A stretch of DNA of 64,000 nucleotides from Methanomethylovorans hollandica DSM 15978 (GCF_000328665.1 NC_019977.1:2100011-2164010); one strand, 5' to 3'; shown: positions 10,269 through 20,538, numbered from the stretch's first letter. The notes: generated by a model not told the origin, from the sequence alone. Made by a program: numbers and translations.

Positions 10269-11252
10269 TCAAGATGCTTTATAATATCTTCCATTTTTGG
10301 ATACGATACTTATTATATCGTCAGAGGAGATCAGTTTTTCCAGAATAGGAGTCAGTTGTGCACTTGAGATACCAAGGGATGCACATATTTGCTCGCAAGT
10401 GCAAGGCCTTCTAAGTATAAGGTCATAAACCTCTTCTCCCAAATTTTCGTGCTGCATGCTTGACCTTTCTCGTCTCAGGCCTTTGAGTACCAGTTTCACT
10501 CTATCCCTTCCAAGCTCTGCACCAAATCTGTGTGCTATCTCCTTTAATCTTATTTCTGCCACCGGAACAATGAACTTCTCCGCAGATGGCCTGCTGACAG
10601 TTAGTATCTCTATCTCGTCCGGATCAATGGTTTTAATGACCTCTATAAGCTTGGTAATCTCCTCATCCGTACTATTCACCAGATACCCATTGGTTGAATC
10701 AACAAGCATTACCTCAATCCCAAGTCTGGGACATTTTTCCAGATCTTTCATTGCCTGCAACCCTTTAATGATGTTATTAAGTCGTATACCTTCAACAGGC
10801 CTGTGTATGGCTCTGAACGTATCTTCATTGCCAGAAACAAGGGTTGCTATTACAAGATCTGCTTCAGCAAGATTGGAACGCACGTCATCCCTGTCCACAA
10901 GAGAAGAATTTGTTAGCACACAAACAGATTGATCTGTGATCTGTTTTACTCCTAGTATCATTGATCCAAGTGAAAGGTTAAGTGTGGGTTCGCATGTACC
11001 GGAAAAAGTAATATAATCAAGGTTTTCGATATTCCTGTGAAAAGATCTGATCCCCTCCACCACTTCTTTGGTGGTGACGGCTCCTGTAACATTTTCCGGT
11101 GCTTTTACCATATTATCTACATGTCCCAACTGACAATAGACACAATCAAAATTACAATTCTTCTTTGAATCCTTTCTTTTGATCACATCGATACCCAAGG
11201 ACCTTCCAAGCCTTCTTGAAAGAATGGGACCATAGATAATTCTTGATTTCAT
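10269..11252 (-). CDS. radical SAM protein with C-terminal HTH (COG0731-like)
   Basis: YGPILSRRLGRSLGID; CNFDCVYC. Confidence 0.9.
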   Translation of the reverse strand: MKSRIIYGPILSRRLGRSLGIDVIKRKDSKKNCNFDCVYCQLGHVDNMVKAPENVTGAVTTKEVVEGIRSFHRNIENLDYITFSGTCEPTLNLSLGSMILGVKQITDQSVCVLTNSSLVDRDDVRSNLAEADLVIATLVSGNEDTFRAIHRPVEGIRLNNIIKGLQAMKDLEKCPRLGIEVMLVDSTNGYLVNSTDEEITKLIEVIKTIDPDEIEILTVSRPSAEKFIVPVAEIRLKEIAHRFGAELGRDRVKLVLKGLRRERSSMQHENLGEEVYDLILRRPCTCEQICASLGISSAQLTPILEKLISSDDIISIVSKNGRYYKAS

Positions 11253-11288
11253 TTATTCTACGACCTAAGTATTATTGATGTGTATTAT

Positions 11289-11999
11289 TCAAAACTCCAC
11301 AGAATATCCTGCAAAAACATCGACAAAAGCATCCGGATATTTCATCCTGATCTCTTCTTTATGAGCTGTACAATGACCCGCACCTATCAAATGCATGCCT
11401 TTGAATAGACCATATTCCTGGCTGTCGTGCAGACCACCCACGATACCAACTACATTACCATAAGAAGAAGCCGCATCCAATATTGCAGGAAGCCCAGGGT
11501 GGGCGCAACCAGTTATAACATACAGTCCTTTACTGGAATACAGTATCAAAGATTGTTCTTTTATTTCTTTTCCAAGCTCGCCAGTCGTGTAGATTCCTTT
11601 ACATATCTCCTGAGGTTCTTTTATCTCATACAACCTCGGATTCATGGAAACATCCACCTCCGAAAAAGAGAGATAAGTACCCCCCTGTTTTCTCCTTGTA
11701 GAGATCTCTCTTTTCAGATTGGATGAAAAACTTGCCGGTATAAAGATGTCCACATCTGACTGCATATTGAGGAAAGTTGGCACACCGCCAATGTGATCCC
11801 AGTGCTGATGAGATAGCACCAGAATGTTAACATCTTCAGGAGAAAAACCAAGTTTTGCCATATTTGCCAGAAGAACATGGCCATCCCAACCAGTGTCAAA
11901 AAGAATATTATGCCCTGCAGTTTCAATTAAGCAAGAAAAACCCCACCCGCTATTCAAACCTTTCTTTGCTTCATTATCATAAATTACCGTAAGCTTCAT
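11289..11999 (-). CDS. MBL-fold metallo-hydrolase (COG1237 family)
   Basis: LFDTG, SHQHWDHIGG, TGCAHPG, GHCT; start placed at MKLTVIYDN. Confidence 0.9.
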   Translation of the reverse strand: MKLTVIYDNEAKKGLNSGWGFSCLIETAGHNILFDTGWDGHVLLANMAKLGFSPEDVNILVLSHQHWDHIGGVPTFLNMQSDVDIFIPASFSSNLKREISTRRKQGGTYLSFSEVDVSMNPRLYEIKEPQEICKGIYTTGELGKEIKEQSLILYSSKGLYVITGCAHPGLPAILDAASSYGNVVGIVGGLHDSQEYGLFKGMHLIGAGHCTAHKEEIRMKYPDAFVDVFAGYSVEF

Positions 12000-12140
12000 A
12001 TTGATACTCCGAACCGACAATAATCGCCTCTTATTGAACCATATTAAACACATGTGAGAATAAATATATATAACTATCTGAAAAGTCTTAAATATAAAAT
12101 CTCCATATAGAGAATATAAGAAATGATAGGAGAATAATTT

Positions 12141-14075
12141 TTGCACTATGGTCTTGGTATTGATACCGGTGGAACGTACACCGATGCTGTCCTTTTAAGA
12201 GGATCAGACGGTATGATCGTAGATTCTAAAAAAGCGTTTACCACATATCCTGACCTCCAGATCGGCATAAGTTCGGTTCTGGATGCCCTTGACCAGGAAC
12301 TGCTTAGCCAGGTCAACCTCGTGTCAGTCTCTACCACTCTTTCCACTAATTCGTTACTTGAAGGCACAGGAACCCCGGTGGGACTTATACTCATTGGGCA
12401 GCACCCTGTGGATAAGGAATTCCCCACTACGGATTTCATTGTGGTTCCTGGCGGCCATGGTCCAAGCGGTGAGGAGGAAGTGCCCTTAGATAGTGAAGTT
12501 ATCAGGGAGTTTGGCATCGGGACAAAGGACAAAGTGTCAGCATATGCTATCTCAGCCTTCTTTGGTACAAGGAACCCCGACCATGAACTGCGGGCAAAAT
12601 CCCTGATCCAGAAGATAACTGGTAAACCTGTCGTATGTGGTCACGAACTTTCCCAGGAACTAGGAGCCTATGAAAGGGCAGTGACTGCTGTGCTTAATGC
12701 TCAATTGATACCTGTTACGCATCATTTCGTCAGCGCTGTGATGGCAGATATCAGGAAAAGAGGTATAGATGCCAGGATGCTGATGCTGAAATGTGACGGT
12801 TCTGTGTACAATCTGGAGGATGCTCTGGAAAAGCCTATTGAGACCATTTTTTCCGGCCCTGCTGCAAGTCTTCTCGGAGCATCGTATCTTGCAAAACTGG
12901 ACACATGTGCAGCTATAGATGTGGGAGGAACCAGTACCGATGTATCTGCCATATACCACGGAGTACCGGAAATAAGCGCTTCGGGTTCTATGGTGGGTGG
13001 GTGGAAAACAAGAGTAAGAGCTATGAAGATGGAAACTTCAGCCACTGGTGGAGACAGCCATGTATGGATAACTGATGGAAAAGTGAAGATAGGCCCCAGA
13101 CGTGTTATTCCCCTGTGTGTTGCTGCTATTAAGTATCCAGGTCTGTTGCAGAAACTTAATCTTATGAGGCTGCTGCCCCGTAAGTCACTGGATGAGAACT
13201 ATCAGCCCACCAAATTCTTTGTACGGACCGGCTATGCTAGCAATGGGCTGAATAATGAGGAAGCTGAAATGCTTCAGCATATCGGAAGCGACCCTATCAG
13301 CATACATGAACTCTATAAATATATGCATGCCATGCCTTCCGGAAAGATAATTGATTCACTTATAAAGAAAAGACTGGTGCAAGCTATTGGTTTCACTCCT
13401 ACGGATGCTTTGCACGTGAGAGGAGAATACACTGCCTGGAACCTGGATGCTTCCCACATGGGTGCTGAGCTCCTTTCCCGCCACAACGGCAGTAAGAAAT
13501 ATGAATTTTGCACCCATGTGAAAGAACATGTGGCAAGGAATATGGCATACAGTCAGATGGCTTTTCTTTTGCCTGAAAGGTCCAGACCCCTTGTGGATGA
13601 CCTGCTGAGTGGTCTGTATCCGGCAAAGTTCAGCCTGAAATTGCCTATTGTATTATTGGGAGGACCTGTAAAAGCATATTCAGAGGAAATGTCTGCACTT
13701 TTAGATGCTGAAATTATTGTCCCGGAACATGCAGATGTGGGGAATGCAGTGGGAGCTCTTGCCGGAAAAGGCGTCAAGAAAGTTGAAGTGCTGATCATGC
13801 CAGTGTCCATAGAAAAACCTGCAGAGGATTTCCTTATCTTCTATCCGGGTGGAAGGGAACATGTTGTAGATTACAGAGAAGCCTTTGAGAGAGCAAGGCA
13901 GATCGGACTGGACATGGTGCTTGAATATGAAAATAGATGCGGGGTAAGCAAAGAAGAGACCCAGACTAATATTTCAGTGAAGAACATTTCTCCTGAGAAC
14001 TGGCCTTATCCACCTCTGGAAACCAGGATTACCGTTGTGGGCATAGGCAATCCCATGATGATAATAAAGAAATAA
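12141..14075 (+). CDS. hydantoinase/oxoprolinase-family (ASKHA) protein
   Basis: GIDTGGTYTD, SGPAAS, IDVGGTSTD; TTG start. Confidence 0.9.
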   Translation: MHYGLGIDTGGTYTDAVLLRGSDGMIVDSKKAFTTYPDLQIGISSVLDALDQELLSQVNLVSVSTTLSTNSLLEGTGTPVGLILIGQHPVDKEFPTTDFIVVPGGHGPSGEEEVPLDSEVIREFGIGTKDKVSAYAISAFFGTRNPDHELRAKSLIQKITGKPVVCGHELSQELGAYERAVTAVLNAQLIPVTHHFVSAVMADIRKRGIDARMLMLKCDGSVYNLEDALEKPIETIFSGPAASLLGASYLAKLDTCAAIDVGGTSTDVSAIYHGVPEISASGSMVGGWKTRVRAMKMETSATGGDSHVWITDGKVKIGPRRVIPLCVAAIKYPGLLQKLNLMRLLPRKSLDENYQPTKFFVRTGYASNGLNNEEAEMLQHIGSDPISIHELYKYMHAMPSGKIIDSLIKKRLVQAIGFTPTDALHVRGEYTAWNLDASHMGAELLSRHNGSKKYEFCTHVKEHVARNMAYSQMAFLLPERSRPLVDDLLSGLYPAKFSLKLPIVLLGGPVKAYSEEMSALLDAEIIVPEHADVGNAVGALAGKGVKKVEVLIMPVSIEKPAEDFLIFYPGGREHVVDYREAFERARQIGLDMVLEYENRCGVSKEETQTNISVKNISPENWPYPPLETRITVVGIGNPMMIIKK

Positions 14076-14241
14076 AAATATTAATTTTTACACTTACAGT
14101 AAACTAATCTTTTATTTATATAAGACAAGGTTGTATTAAATTTAGTATATTAAGTTTTCGAGGTATGTATTTATATTTTATCTCATATTAGAGTAAATAA
14201 CAATAAAGAATAGACTTAAAAATACGTAATATAAACGGGCC

Positions 14242-14574
14242 ATGAGCAAAATGAAGATATGCGTTACTACGAAGGACAATGGTCCTGAAGCGAAAACTGA
14301 CCCACATTTTGGAAGATGTGCATATTTTATGTTCTTAGATACGGACACCATACAGCATGAATTTGTGAAGAATCCCTATGCTGCTGAATCCCAGGGTGCT
14401 GGCGTGCAGGCTGCACAGTATATTGCAGACCAGGGAGCAGACATGCTGATCTGCGGGAACCCTGGCCCAAATGCCGTATCAGTAATGGAAACTGCAGGCA
14501 TAAGGATAGTGAAGTATCCCGAAATGAAAGCTACGGAAGCTGTACAAAAATTTCTTGAAACAAATGATATTTAA
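14242..14574 (+). CDS. NifB/NifX-family metallocluster-binding protein
   Basis: HFGRCAYF, GAGVQAAQ, GPNA. Confidence 0.9.
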   Translation: MSKMKICVTTKDNGPEAKTDPHFGRCAYFMFLDTDTIQHEFVKNPYAAESQGAGVQAAQYIADQGADMLICGNPGPNAVSVMETAGIRIVKYPEMKATEAVQKFLETNDI

Positions 14575-14585
14575 AAGGTGAAAAT

Positions 14586-15011
14586 ATGAAGATATGTGTA
14601 CCATCTATGGGTGAAACTGGCCTGGAAGACCAGGTCGGACAGCATTTTGGAAAAGTTTTGAACTATATTATGTACGATACAGAAACCAGCGAAGTTTCAG
14701 TAATACCCAATACAAGTGAGCACAATGGCGGAGTAGGCCTGCCTCCTGAACTGATGTCCCAAAATGGAGTCAGTGTTATGCTTTGCGGAGGTCTTGGGAC
14801 AAAAGCTGTTGCAATGTTTGAGCAATATGGAATAGAAGTATATGTGGGAGCGCAGGGCACTATCTGGGATGCTCTGAAAGCATGGGAAACAGGAAAATTA
14901 CAAAAGGCAACCATGGACAACGCATGCACTTCTCATGAACACGACGACCACAATCATAGCCATGATCATCACAATCATCACAGTCATGATCACGGTCATC
15001 AGCACCACTAA
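14586..15011 (+). CDS. NifB/NifX-family protein with His-rich C-terminal tail
   Basis: VGQHFGK, LCGGLG; tail HEHDDHNHSHDHHNHHSHDHGHQHH. Confidence 0.9.
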   Translation: MKICVPSMGETGLEDQVGQHFGKVLNYIMYDTETSEVSVIPNTSEHNGGVGLPPELMSQNGVSVMLCGGLGTKAVAMFEQYGIEVYVGAQGTIWDALKAWETGKLQKATMDNACTSHEHDDHNHSHDHHNHHSHDHGHQHH

Positions 15012-15062
15012 AGTTCACATCCTCTGCAGAATGACAACAACATAAAAAGTAACAGAGGCTTC

Positions 15063-15908
15063 ATGAGAATAGCAGTAGCAAGTGGCAAAGGAGGTACTGG
15101 TAAGACCACAGTGTCCCTTAACCTTGCATTATCCCTTGGAAATGTTCAGCTCCTCGACTGTGATGTAGAAGAGCCGAACTGCAATCTGTTCCTGGACCAT
15201 AAACTTGAAAAAGTAGGAGATGTGGAGATCCAGGTACCTTTTATTTCAAAAGAAAAGTGTGATCTGTGTATGAAATGTGTAGATGTCTGCCGTTTCAACG
15301 CACTTGTTAAACTGCCTAAAAACCTCATGTTCTTTCCCAAATTATGCCATGGCTGTGGAGCATGTTCCATTATATGCCCACAGGGTGCTATATATGAGGA
15401 AGCAAGATCCATCGGGACCATTGAAAGGTCCGTTTCAAAAAATTGCGGCACAGAGCTATATCAAGGTCTATTGAATATCGGCGAGCCTATGGCCTCTCCT
15501 ATAATCCATGCACTTAAAACACATATTGATGATACAAGGACCGTGATCATAGACTCTCCGCCAGGTACTGCATGCCCGGTCATTTCTGCCATAACCGGGG
15601 CAGATTACTGTGTGCTTGTCGCTGAGCCCACACCTTTTGGATTACATGACCTGTCACTCGCAGTGGAACTGGTAAAAGAAATGTGTATCCCATATGGAGT
15701 GGTGATCAACAGATGTGACATAGGCGATGAAAGAGTGGAAAGATATTGTTCTGAGAACAACATTCCGGTGCTTATGAAGATACCAAATGAAATGAAAATA
15801 GCTGAACTGTACTCTAAGGGTATTCCTTTCGTGCTGCAAATGCCACACTGGAAAGAAAAGTTCCTTTATATGTTCAGACAACTCCAAGCGCTGATAGGAA
15901 GGTGTTGA
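15063..15908 (+). CDS. MinD-type P-loop ATPase with inserted 2x[4Fe-4S] ferredoxin domain
   Basis: SGKGGTGKTT, DCDVEEPN, CDLCMKCVDVC, CHGCGACSIICP. Confidence 0.9.
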   Translation: MRIAVASGKGGTGKTTVSLNLALSLGNVQLLDCDVEEPNCNLFLDHKLEKVGDVEIQVPFISKEKCDLCMKCVDVCRFNALVKLPKNLMFFPKLCHGCGACSIICPQGAIYEEARSIGTIERSVSKNCGTELYQGLLNIGEPMASPIIHALKTHIDDTRTVIIDSPPGTACPVISAITGADYCVLVAEPTPFGLHDLSLAVELVKEMCIPYGVVINRCDIGDERVERYCSENNIPVLMKIPNEMKIAELYSKGIPFVLQMPHWKEKFLYMFRQLQALIGRC

Positions 15909-15909
15909 A

Positions 15910-16782
15910 ATGCCACAAAAGATCACTGTTATCAGTGGCAAAGGTGGTACCGGCAAGACCACTCTTACAGCGGCTTTTGCTTCCCTCGCGAACAAAGTCC
16001 TGATAGCAGATTGTGACGTGGATGCTGCGGATATTCATCTGATACTGGATCCAGAATCGACCAGTAAAATGGATTTCTATGGCATGGAAGTAGCTTCAAT
16101 CAACGAGGACAAATGTTCTGCCTGTGGCTTATGTGTGGAAAGATGCAGGTTTGGTGCTATCTCAAAAGAATTGGTGATCGATGCACATATCTGCGAAGGA
16201 TGTGGCGTATGCTCGCTTATCTGTCCTGAAAATGCCATAACAATGAAGGAACATAAAGCTGGAGAAATATTCAGATCTGTAACAAGATTTGGTCCTTTAA
16301 TTCATGCGAGGTTAGGAATAGGAGAAGAGACCGGCGGAAAACTGGTCTCGATGGTTAGAAAGATCTCCAGTGAAATGGCTGCAGAGAATGACATTGATAT
16401 AATTATTATAGACGGACCTCCGGGAACAGGATGCTCTGTAATTGCTTCCATATCTGGCGTGGACCTTGTATTCATAGTTACAGAACCAAGTGTATCAGGG
16501 ATACATGACCTTGAGAGGGTACTTGAGGTCACTGCTCATTTTGGGATAAAGGCAGTTGTCTGTATCAACAAATACAACATCAATGAAGAAAAAACAGCAA
16601 ATATAGAAGAATTCTGTAAAATTAAAGGTATTGATGTAGTAGGCAAGCTCCCTCTGAGTGACATCCCCATTAAAGCAATGCTTGAAAGCCAAACAGTTAT
16701 AGAATATGATGATAGCATATTTTCCGGAGCAGTTAGGGACATGTGGCGTAAGATAATGACATGCGATACGTTGAAAGAATAA
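15910..16782 (+). CDS. MinD-type P-loop ATPase with inserted 2x[4Fe-4S] ferredoxin domain (paralog)
   Basis: SGKGGTGKTT, CSACGLCVERC, CEGCGVCSLICP. Confidence 0.9.
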   Translation: MPQKITVISGKGGTGKTTLTAAFASLANKVLIADCDVDAADIHLILDPESTSKMDFYGMEVASINEDKCSACGLCVERCRFGAISKELVIDAHICEGCGVCSLICPENAITMKEHKAGEIFRSVTRFGPLIHARLGIGEETGGKLVSMVRKISSEMAAENDIDIIIIDGPPGTGCSVIASISGVDLVFIVTEPSVSGIHDLERVLEVTAHFGIKAVVCINKYNINEEKTANIEEFCKIKGIDVVGKLPLSDIPIKAMLESQTVIEYDDSIFSGAVRDMWRKIMTCDTLKE

Positions 16783-17431
16783 AAGATGAGAGGTGGAATT
16801 TTTAAACTAGATGCACAATGAAAGGCATCTAAAAAGTAATTGCTAAAAAGTATTGTAATGAGAGACCAAGTTTACCTTAAAGCTTTCCTATGTGCGTTAA
16901 GTCATCAGTTGTCAGCTTAGTATTCTTATGTTCTGCCCTGCACATTGTTGGTTACTATCCATCCGAGCAAAGTATAATTTTTATGGGTATTCAGAAAAAA
17001 TATTGATTTTTTACGTTTTTGTTGGAGGAGGTAATTCTGGATGGATGGTAACACAACTTAGATTGTATTAAGCTTTTATTAGATATAAATATTACTGTGT
17101 TACCAAACATTATTTGCACCTTTTATTGTAGCTTATTATTTGAAAAAATACACTCTGCATTTGTACACAAATATTTTAAATCAATTAAATTTAAGTTATA
17201 ACATTCTATTTGAAATGGCTAATAACATATGGATTACTACTACAGGCATAGGGGTAGTATACCATCAGTTAAGGTAACATAAAAGATGCCACGATGTAAT
17301 ACATTAATAGAACATGTTTAAAGAAAAAACAACCATTCATCACCTTTTTATTGCATTATCACCTTTCTTTTAATAAGAATAGGAGAAACTTTTCATATAC
17401 CTATTCACTAAAAAGAGGAGGAAGAAAAGAT

Positions 17432-17608
17432 ATGCAATCATTCATTGTTGAACACTATCTGCAAAAAAATGTAGATGTATATTGTGGTGGACCAGATACC
17501 TTCCAGGGAATAGTTGAAGCCTGTGCTGATGGAGTCCTTACTCTCAGGAAAGAGGACAAGTACACTCACATAGCTATTGACAAGATCATCGCTATCTGGG
17601 AGAAATAA
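17432..17608 (+). CDS. small LSm-like protein (MM0924 family)
   Basis: MQSFIVEHYLQKNVDVYCGG...IAIDKIIAIW; SD GGAGG upstream. Confidence 0.75.
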   Translation: MQSFIVEHYLQKNVDVYCGGPDTFQGIVEACADGVLTLRKEDKYTHIAIDKIIAIWEK

Positions 17609-17617
17609 TTCATCCGA

Positions 17618-17642
17618 GAGTAGAAAGTTTTACTTTCTACTC
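17618..17642. terminator. perfect hairpin just after the MM0924-family gene
   Basis: GAGTAGAAAGT-TTT-ACTTTCTACTC. Confidence 0.5.
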
Positions 17643-17947
17643 CAATAGCTGCACATTTCGCAGTGTTCCGATGCTTCACAATGGCAAAAATAAACAGAGT
17701 AAGCTGCGGAAGATTTAAGAGACTGTATGCAAAAATAATTTTGCACTATACTTATTTGATTCAACCCATCATAACTAAAATAACCTTCTCTTTTGTTTAT
17801 AAAGAGATATTTGCAGGCTTAACGGCCGTTTACATGTGGATTATTTTTGTTATGATGTCCCTTGACAATATAACAAACATTCATTATAATTATCAAAGTG
17901 CTTTTATTGGAGAAGCGAGATAAGATTAAGTATAGCAGGGGATAGAT

Positions 17948-18136
17948 ATGTCCAGCATCCTTAACAAAAAAGCTGGTGGATCTCACCCACTGGCAAATGC
18001 GACTCTGGATTATGCAGAGGTCCTTATTGCACTTCTTATCCTGATACTATTAGCGCTTTCAATAGACAGGGCAGTAGATTTTTTTAGCCTGATAAAAGCA
18101 GTTCTTTGTCCTGGCGGTTTCTCATACGGGCCATAA
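17948..18136 (+). CDS. small single-TM hypothetical protein
   Basis: 62 aa, hydrophobic LIALLILILLALSI; purine-rich SD-like upstream. Confidence 0.5.
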   Translation: MSSILNKKAGGSHPLANATLDYAEVLIALLILILLALSIDRAVDFFSLIKAVLCPGGFSYGP

Positions 18137-18187
18137 AATGCCTGAAACATAAATAAAAAAGAAAGAAAGAAAGAAAGAGGATTTTTC

Positions 18188-18835
18188 TTATTTCCTCTTT
18201 TCTACGAACAGAAGTGCAATGAATGCGAAAATAGCTGAAAACACTACAAATCCTGGGGTCGAAGGTACAGATACAGCACCCTTAGGTTGTTCTCCGAAAT
18301 TAAGGGCTTCAATTGCATCGATATCTGAACCAGGGGACCTGCCAGAAATACTTGTTTCCCTATCTTCGATCTTCACATATCTTGCCCAATCGAGATCTGA
18401 ATCACCAAGATCGAACTCAGCAGTTCCTATTCCCTCACCCAGGGATTCCCACGCATCCATATCCTGGCTGACAAAAACTTCATATGCTTCAGGGGTGTCC
18501 ATACCATAGAAAATCTGGTCGGTCTCATATACTCTCAGGTCATCCCCTTCTTCATCAAGGATTACCTCATTCGCACCCATATCAACTACCACATATCCGC
18601 CGCCCAATGACATTGGTTCGATCTTTTTCAGATCTACGACGCCTATAATATAACTATCAAGATTGTTGATATTGGCCGTCCCCCCTAATTCCTTTTCAAC
18701 AACAATGTTAGCATAGGCACGACTGTCAGTTCCCGGGTTTCTCTCATCTGCAAATGCAACGATCGAGAAAGAGAACATAAGAATCAACGATATGATCATA
18801 TACGATATTCTTCTTTTTTGCATGCGACCACCCAT
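18188..18835 (-). CDS. secreted PGF-CTERM cell-surface protein
   Basis: Signal peptide; C-terminal PGF + TM + KRK (archaeosortase signal). Confidence 0.8.
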   Translation of the reverse strand: MGGRMQKRRISYMIISLILMFSFSIVAFADERNPGTDSRAYANIVVEKELGGTANINNLDSYIIGVVDLKKIEPMSLGGGYVVVDMGANEVILDEEGDDLRVYETDQIFYGMDTPEAYEVFVSQDMDAWESLGEGIGTAEFDLGDSDLDWARYVKIEDRETSISGRSPGSDIDAIEALNFGEQPKGAVSVPSTPGFVVFSAIFAFIALLFVEKRK

Positions 18836-18949
18836 AGTGAATTGTCATAATTGATACTTACTTATCTGTAGATAAAACTATCTGTATTTTCAGAGAATAC
18901 TCTGCATCTAAAGCACAGCATATTGAAAAAAAGAATGCCTGCTGAGGTA

Positions 18950-20389
18950 TTAGTTATTATTCCTTATTCTATCCGACCTCCCTGCAAAAGATGCCCATGG
19001 CAGTGTACAGAGTGGGCATTCCGGGCCAAAACCAGCAGCTGCATAACCTCGCATTCCACCTGCTACGTTGAAAACCTGATCAAAACCTTTTTGTTTCAGA
19101 ATACTGGCAGCCATGCTTGATCGTTGCCCGCTTCCGCATATAAGAACTGTTTCTTCTGCAGGATCAAGTTCCACATACCTCTCCCTCAACTCAGCTACAG
19201 GAATATTGAGAGCATTCTGAATATGGGAAGTTTTGTATTCACTTAATGCCCGAACATCCACAAGGACAGCTCTCCTGCCTTGGTTCACCCGCTGATTCAA
19301 TTCATGGGAAGATAGCTGTGGTACATGCGCTGTAGGATAACCGGCAGTGACCCATGCATACATACCACCGGCCAAATACCCATAAACTCTGTCAAGTCCC
19401 ACCCTGTGCAACTGTCTGGAAGCCTCAACGGCCTGTCCATATCCTTCGCAGACCAGGAGTATGTCTTTATCCGGAGGAAGCAACCATCCTGCAAAGGTTG
19501 GAAAATTACCATTCATATCAATGCTGTACGCTCCTGGAACGTGTTGTCCTCCAAATGCTTCAAAGTTGCGTACATCCAGCACCAGAACATTGTTATCGGC
19601 TGTCAGAGAGGAAAACGCAGGGGGCTCAAGCTCTTCCAGAGAGGGCAAATCAATAACCTTTACAGGACCTTGTCGATTGATATCGGTACACCTGCTGAAA
19701 TGATCAGGTGCATCGGGCATACCATGTGTCAGAGAGTCTATGAATTTCCTACGATCATTTATCTTCAGTGCATAGTTGAATTTCTTTTCGTACCCTATAG
19801 TGCTTGTTCTCTTTGCAGCCATTGCCCTGCCACAGAGAGAACCTGCACCGTGGGCAGGATACACTTCACAGGTATCGGGTAATCTCATAATTTTCTCATG
19901 GAGACTGTCATAAAGTTTGGAAGCAAGTTCCTCCGCTCTTCCTGGAAATAGATCAGGACGGCCCACATCCCCTACAAAAAGAGTATCTCCACAGAACAAT
20001 GCCACCGGATCTTCTCCCCGGGACCTGTCAGTCACCACATAGGAAATGTGTTCAGGAGTGTGTCCTGGGGTTTCAAGCACCTTTATGGTCATATCTTCCA
20101 TCTCAAAAGAATTGCCTTCTAGGAGAGGTACATGATCAAAATCGAAATTAGCAGACCTGGGGCCACATATAGCGGCTCCGGTCTTCTCTGCCAGATCCAT
20201 GTGCCCGGATATGAAATCTGCATGCAGGTGAGTTTCAAGTATATACTTGATCCTGGTTCCCATCTCTCTTGCAACTTCAATATATATTTCAGGATCGCGG
20301 CGAGGATCTATTATAGCGCATTCCTTGTCCCCGCCCAAAAAATAGGAACTATGTGCTATCTTTTTGGTAAAAAACTGCTGTATTATCAT
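18950..20389 (-). CDS. MBL-fold hydrolase (persulfide dioxygenase-like) fused to two rhodanese domains
   Basis: THLHADF, TPGHTPEH, GDVGRPDL, PAHGAGSLCG; rhodanese DVR...CGSGQRS. Confidence 0.9.
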   Translation of the reverse strand: MIIQQFFTKKIAHSSYFLGGDKECAIIDPRRDPEIYIEVAREMGTRIKYILETHLHADFISGHMDLAEKTGAAICGPRSANFDFDHVPLLEGNSFEMEDMTIKVLETPGHTPEHISYVVTDRSRGEDPVALFCGDTLFVGDVGRPDLFPGRAEELASKLYDSLHEKIMRLPDTCEVYPAHGAGSLCGRAMAAKRTSTIGYEKKFNYALKINDRRKFIDSLTHGMPDAPDHFSRCTDINRQGPVKVIDLPSLEELEPPAFSSLTADNNVLVLDVRNFEAFGGQHVPGAYSIDMNGNFPTFAGWLLPPDKDILLVCEGYGQAVEASRQLHRVGLDRVYGYLAGGMYAWVTAGYPTAHVPQLSSHELNQRVNQGRRAVLVDVRALSEYKTSHIQNALNIPVAELRERYVELDPAEETVLICGSGQRSSMAASILKQKGFDQVFNVAGGMRGYAAAGFGPECPLCTLPWASFAGRSDRIRNNN

Positions 20390-20521
20390 TTAATTCACTC
20401 CCATTTTGTATATTGGTTATTTTGTTTATCTAGAAATAAATGACTTATAAATATATATGACCTTAAAGTCCCTCATATCTATAGCACTTATTTGAATAAC
20501 AATCCAAATAACAATTTGGAA

Positions 20522-20538
20522 TTTGATACAATATCAAA
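20522..20538. promoter_or_regulatory. candidate DtxR/MntR-family operator upstream of the regulator gene
   Basis: Palindrome TTTGATA-CAA-TATCAAA next to a BRE/TATA-like aaaacttaaata. Confidence 0.55.

Noticed and set aside
16880..16915. CTGATGA...GAAA on the minus strand resembling a hammerhead core or fluoride riboswitch end
   Set aside because: The required flanking stems could not be formed
17663..17923. 86-aa ORF in AT-rich gap
   Set aside because: No SD or motif; composition looks like non-coding AT-rich DNA
18155..18180. (GAAA)n microsatellite
   Set aside because: Most simply the pyrimidine-tract terminator of the minus-strand PGF-CTERM gene
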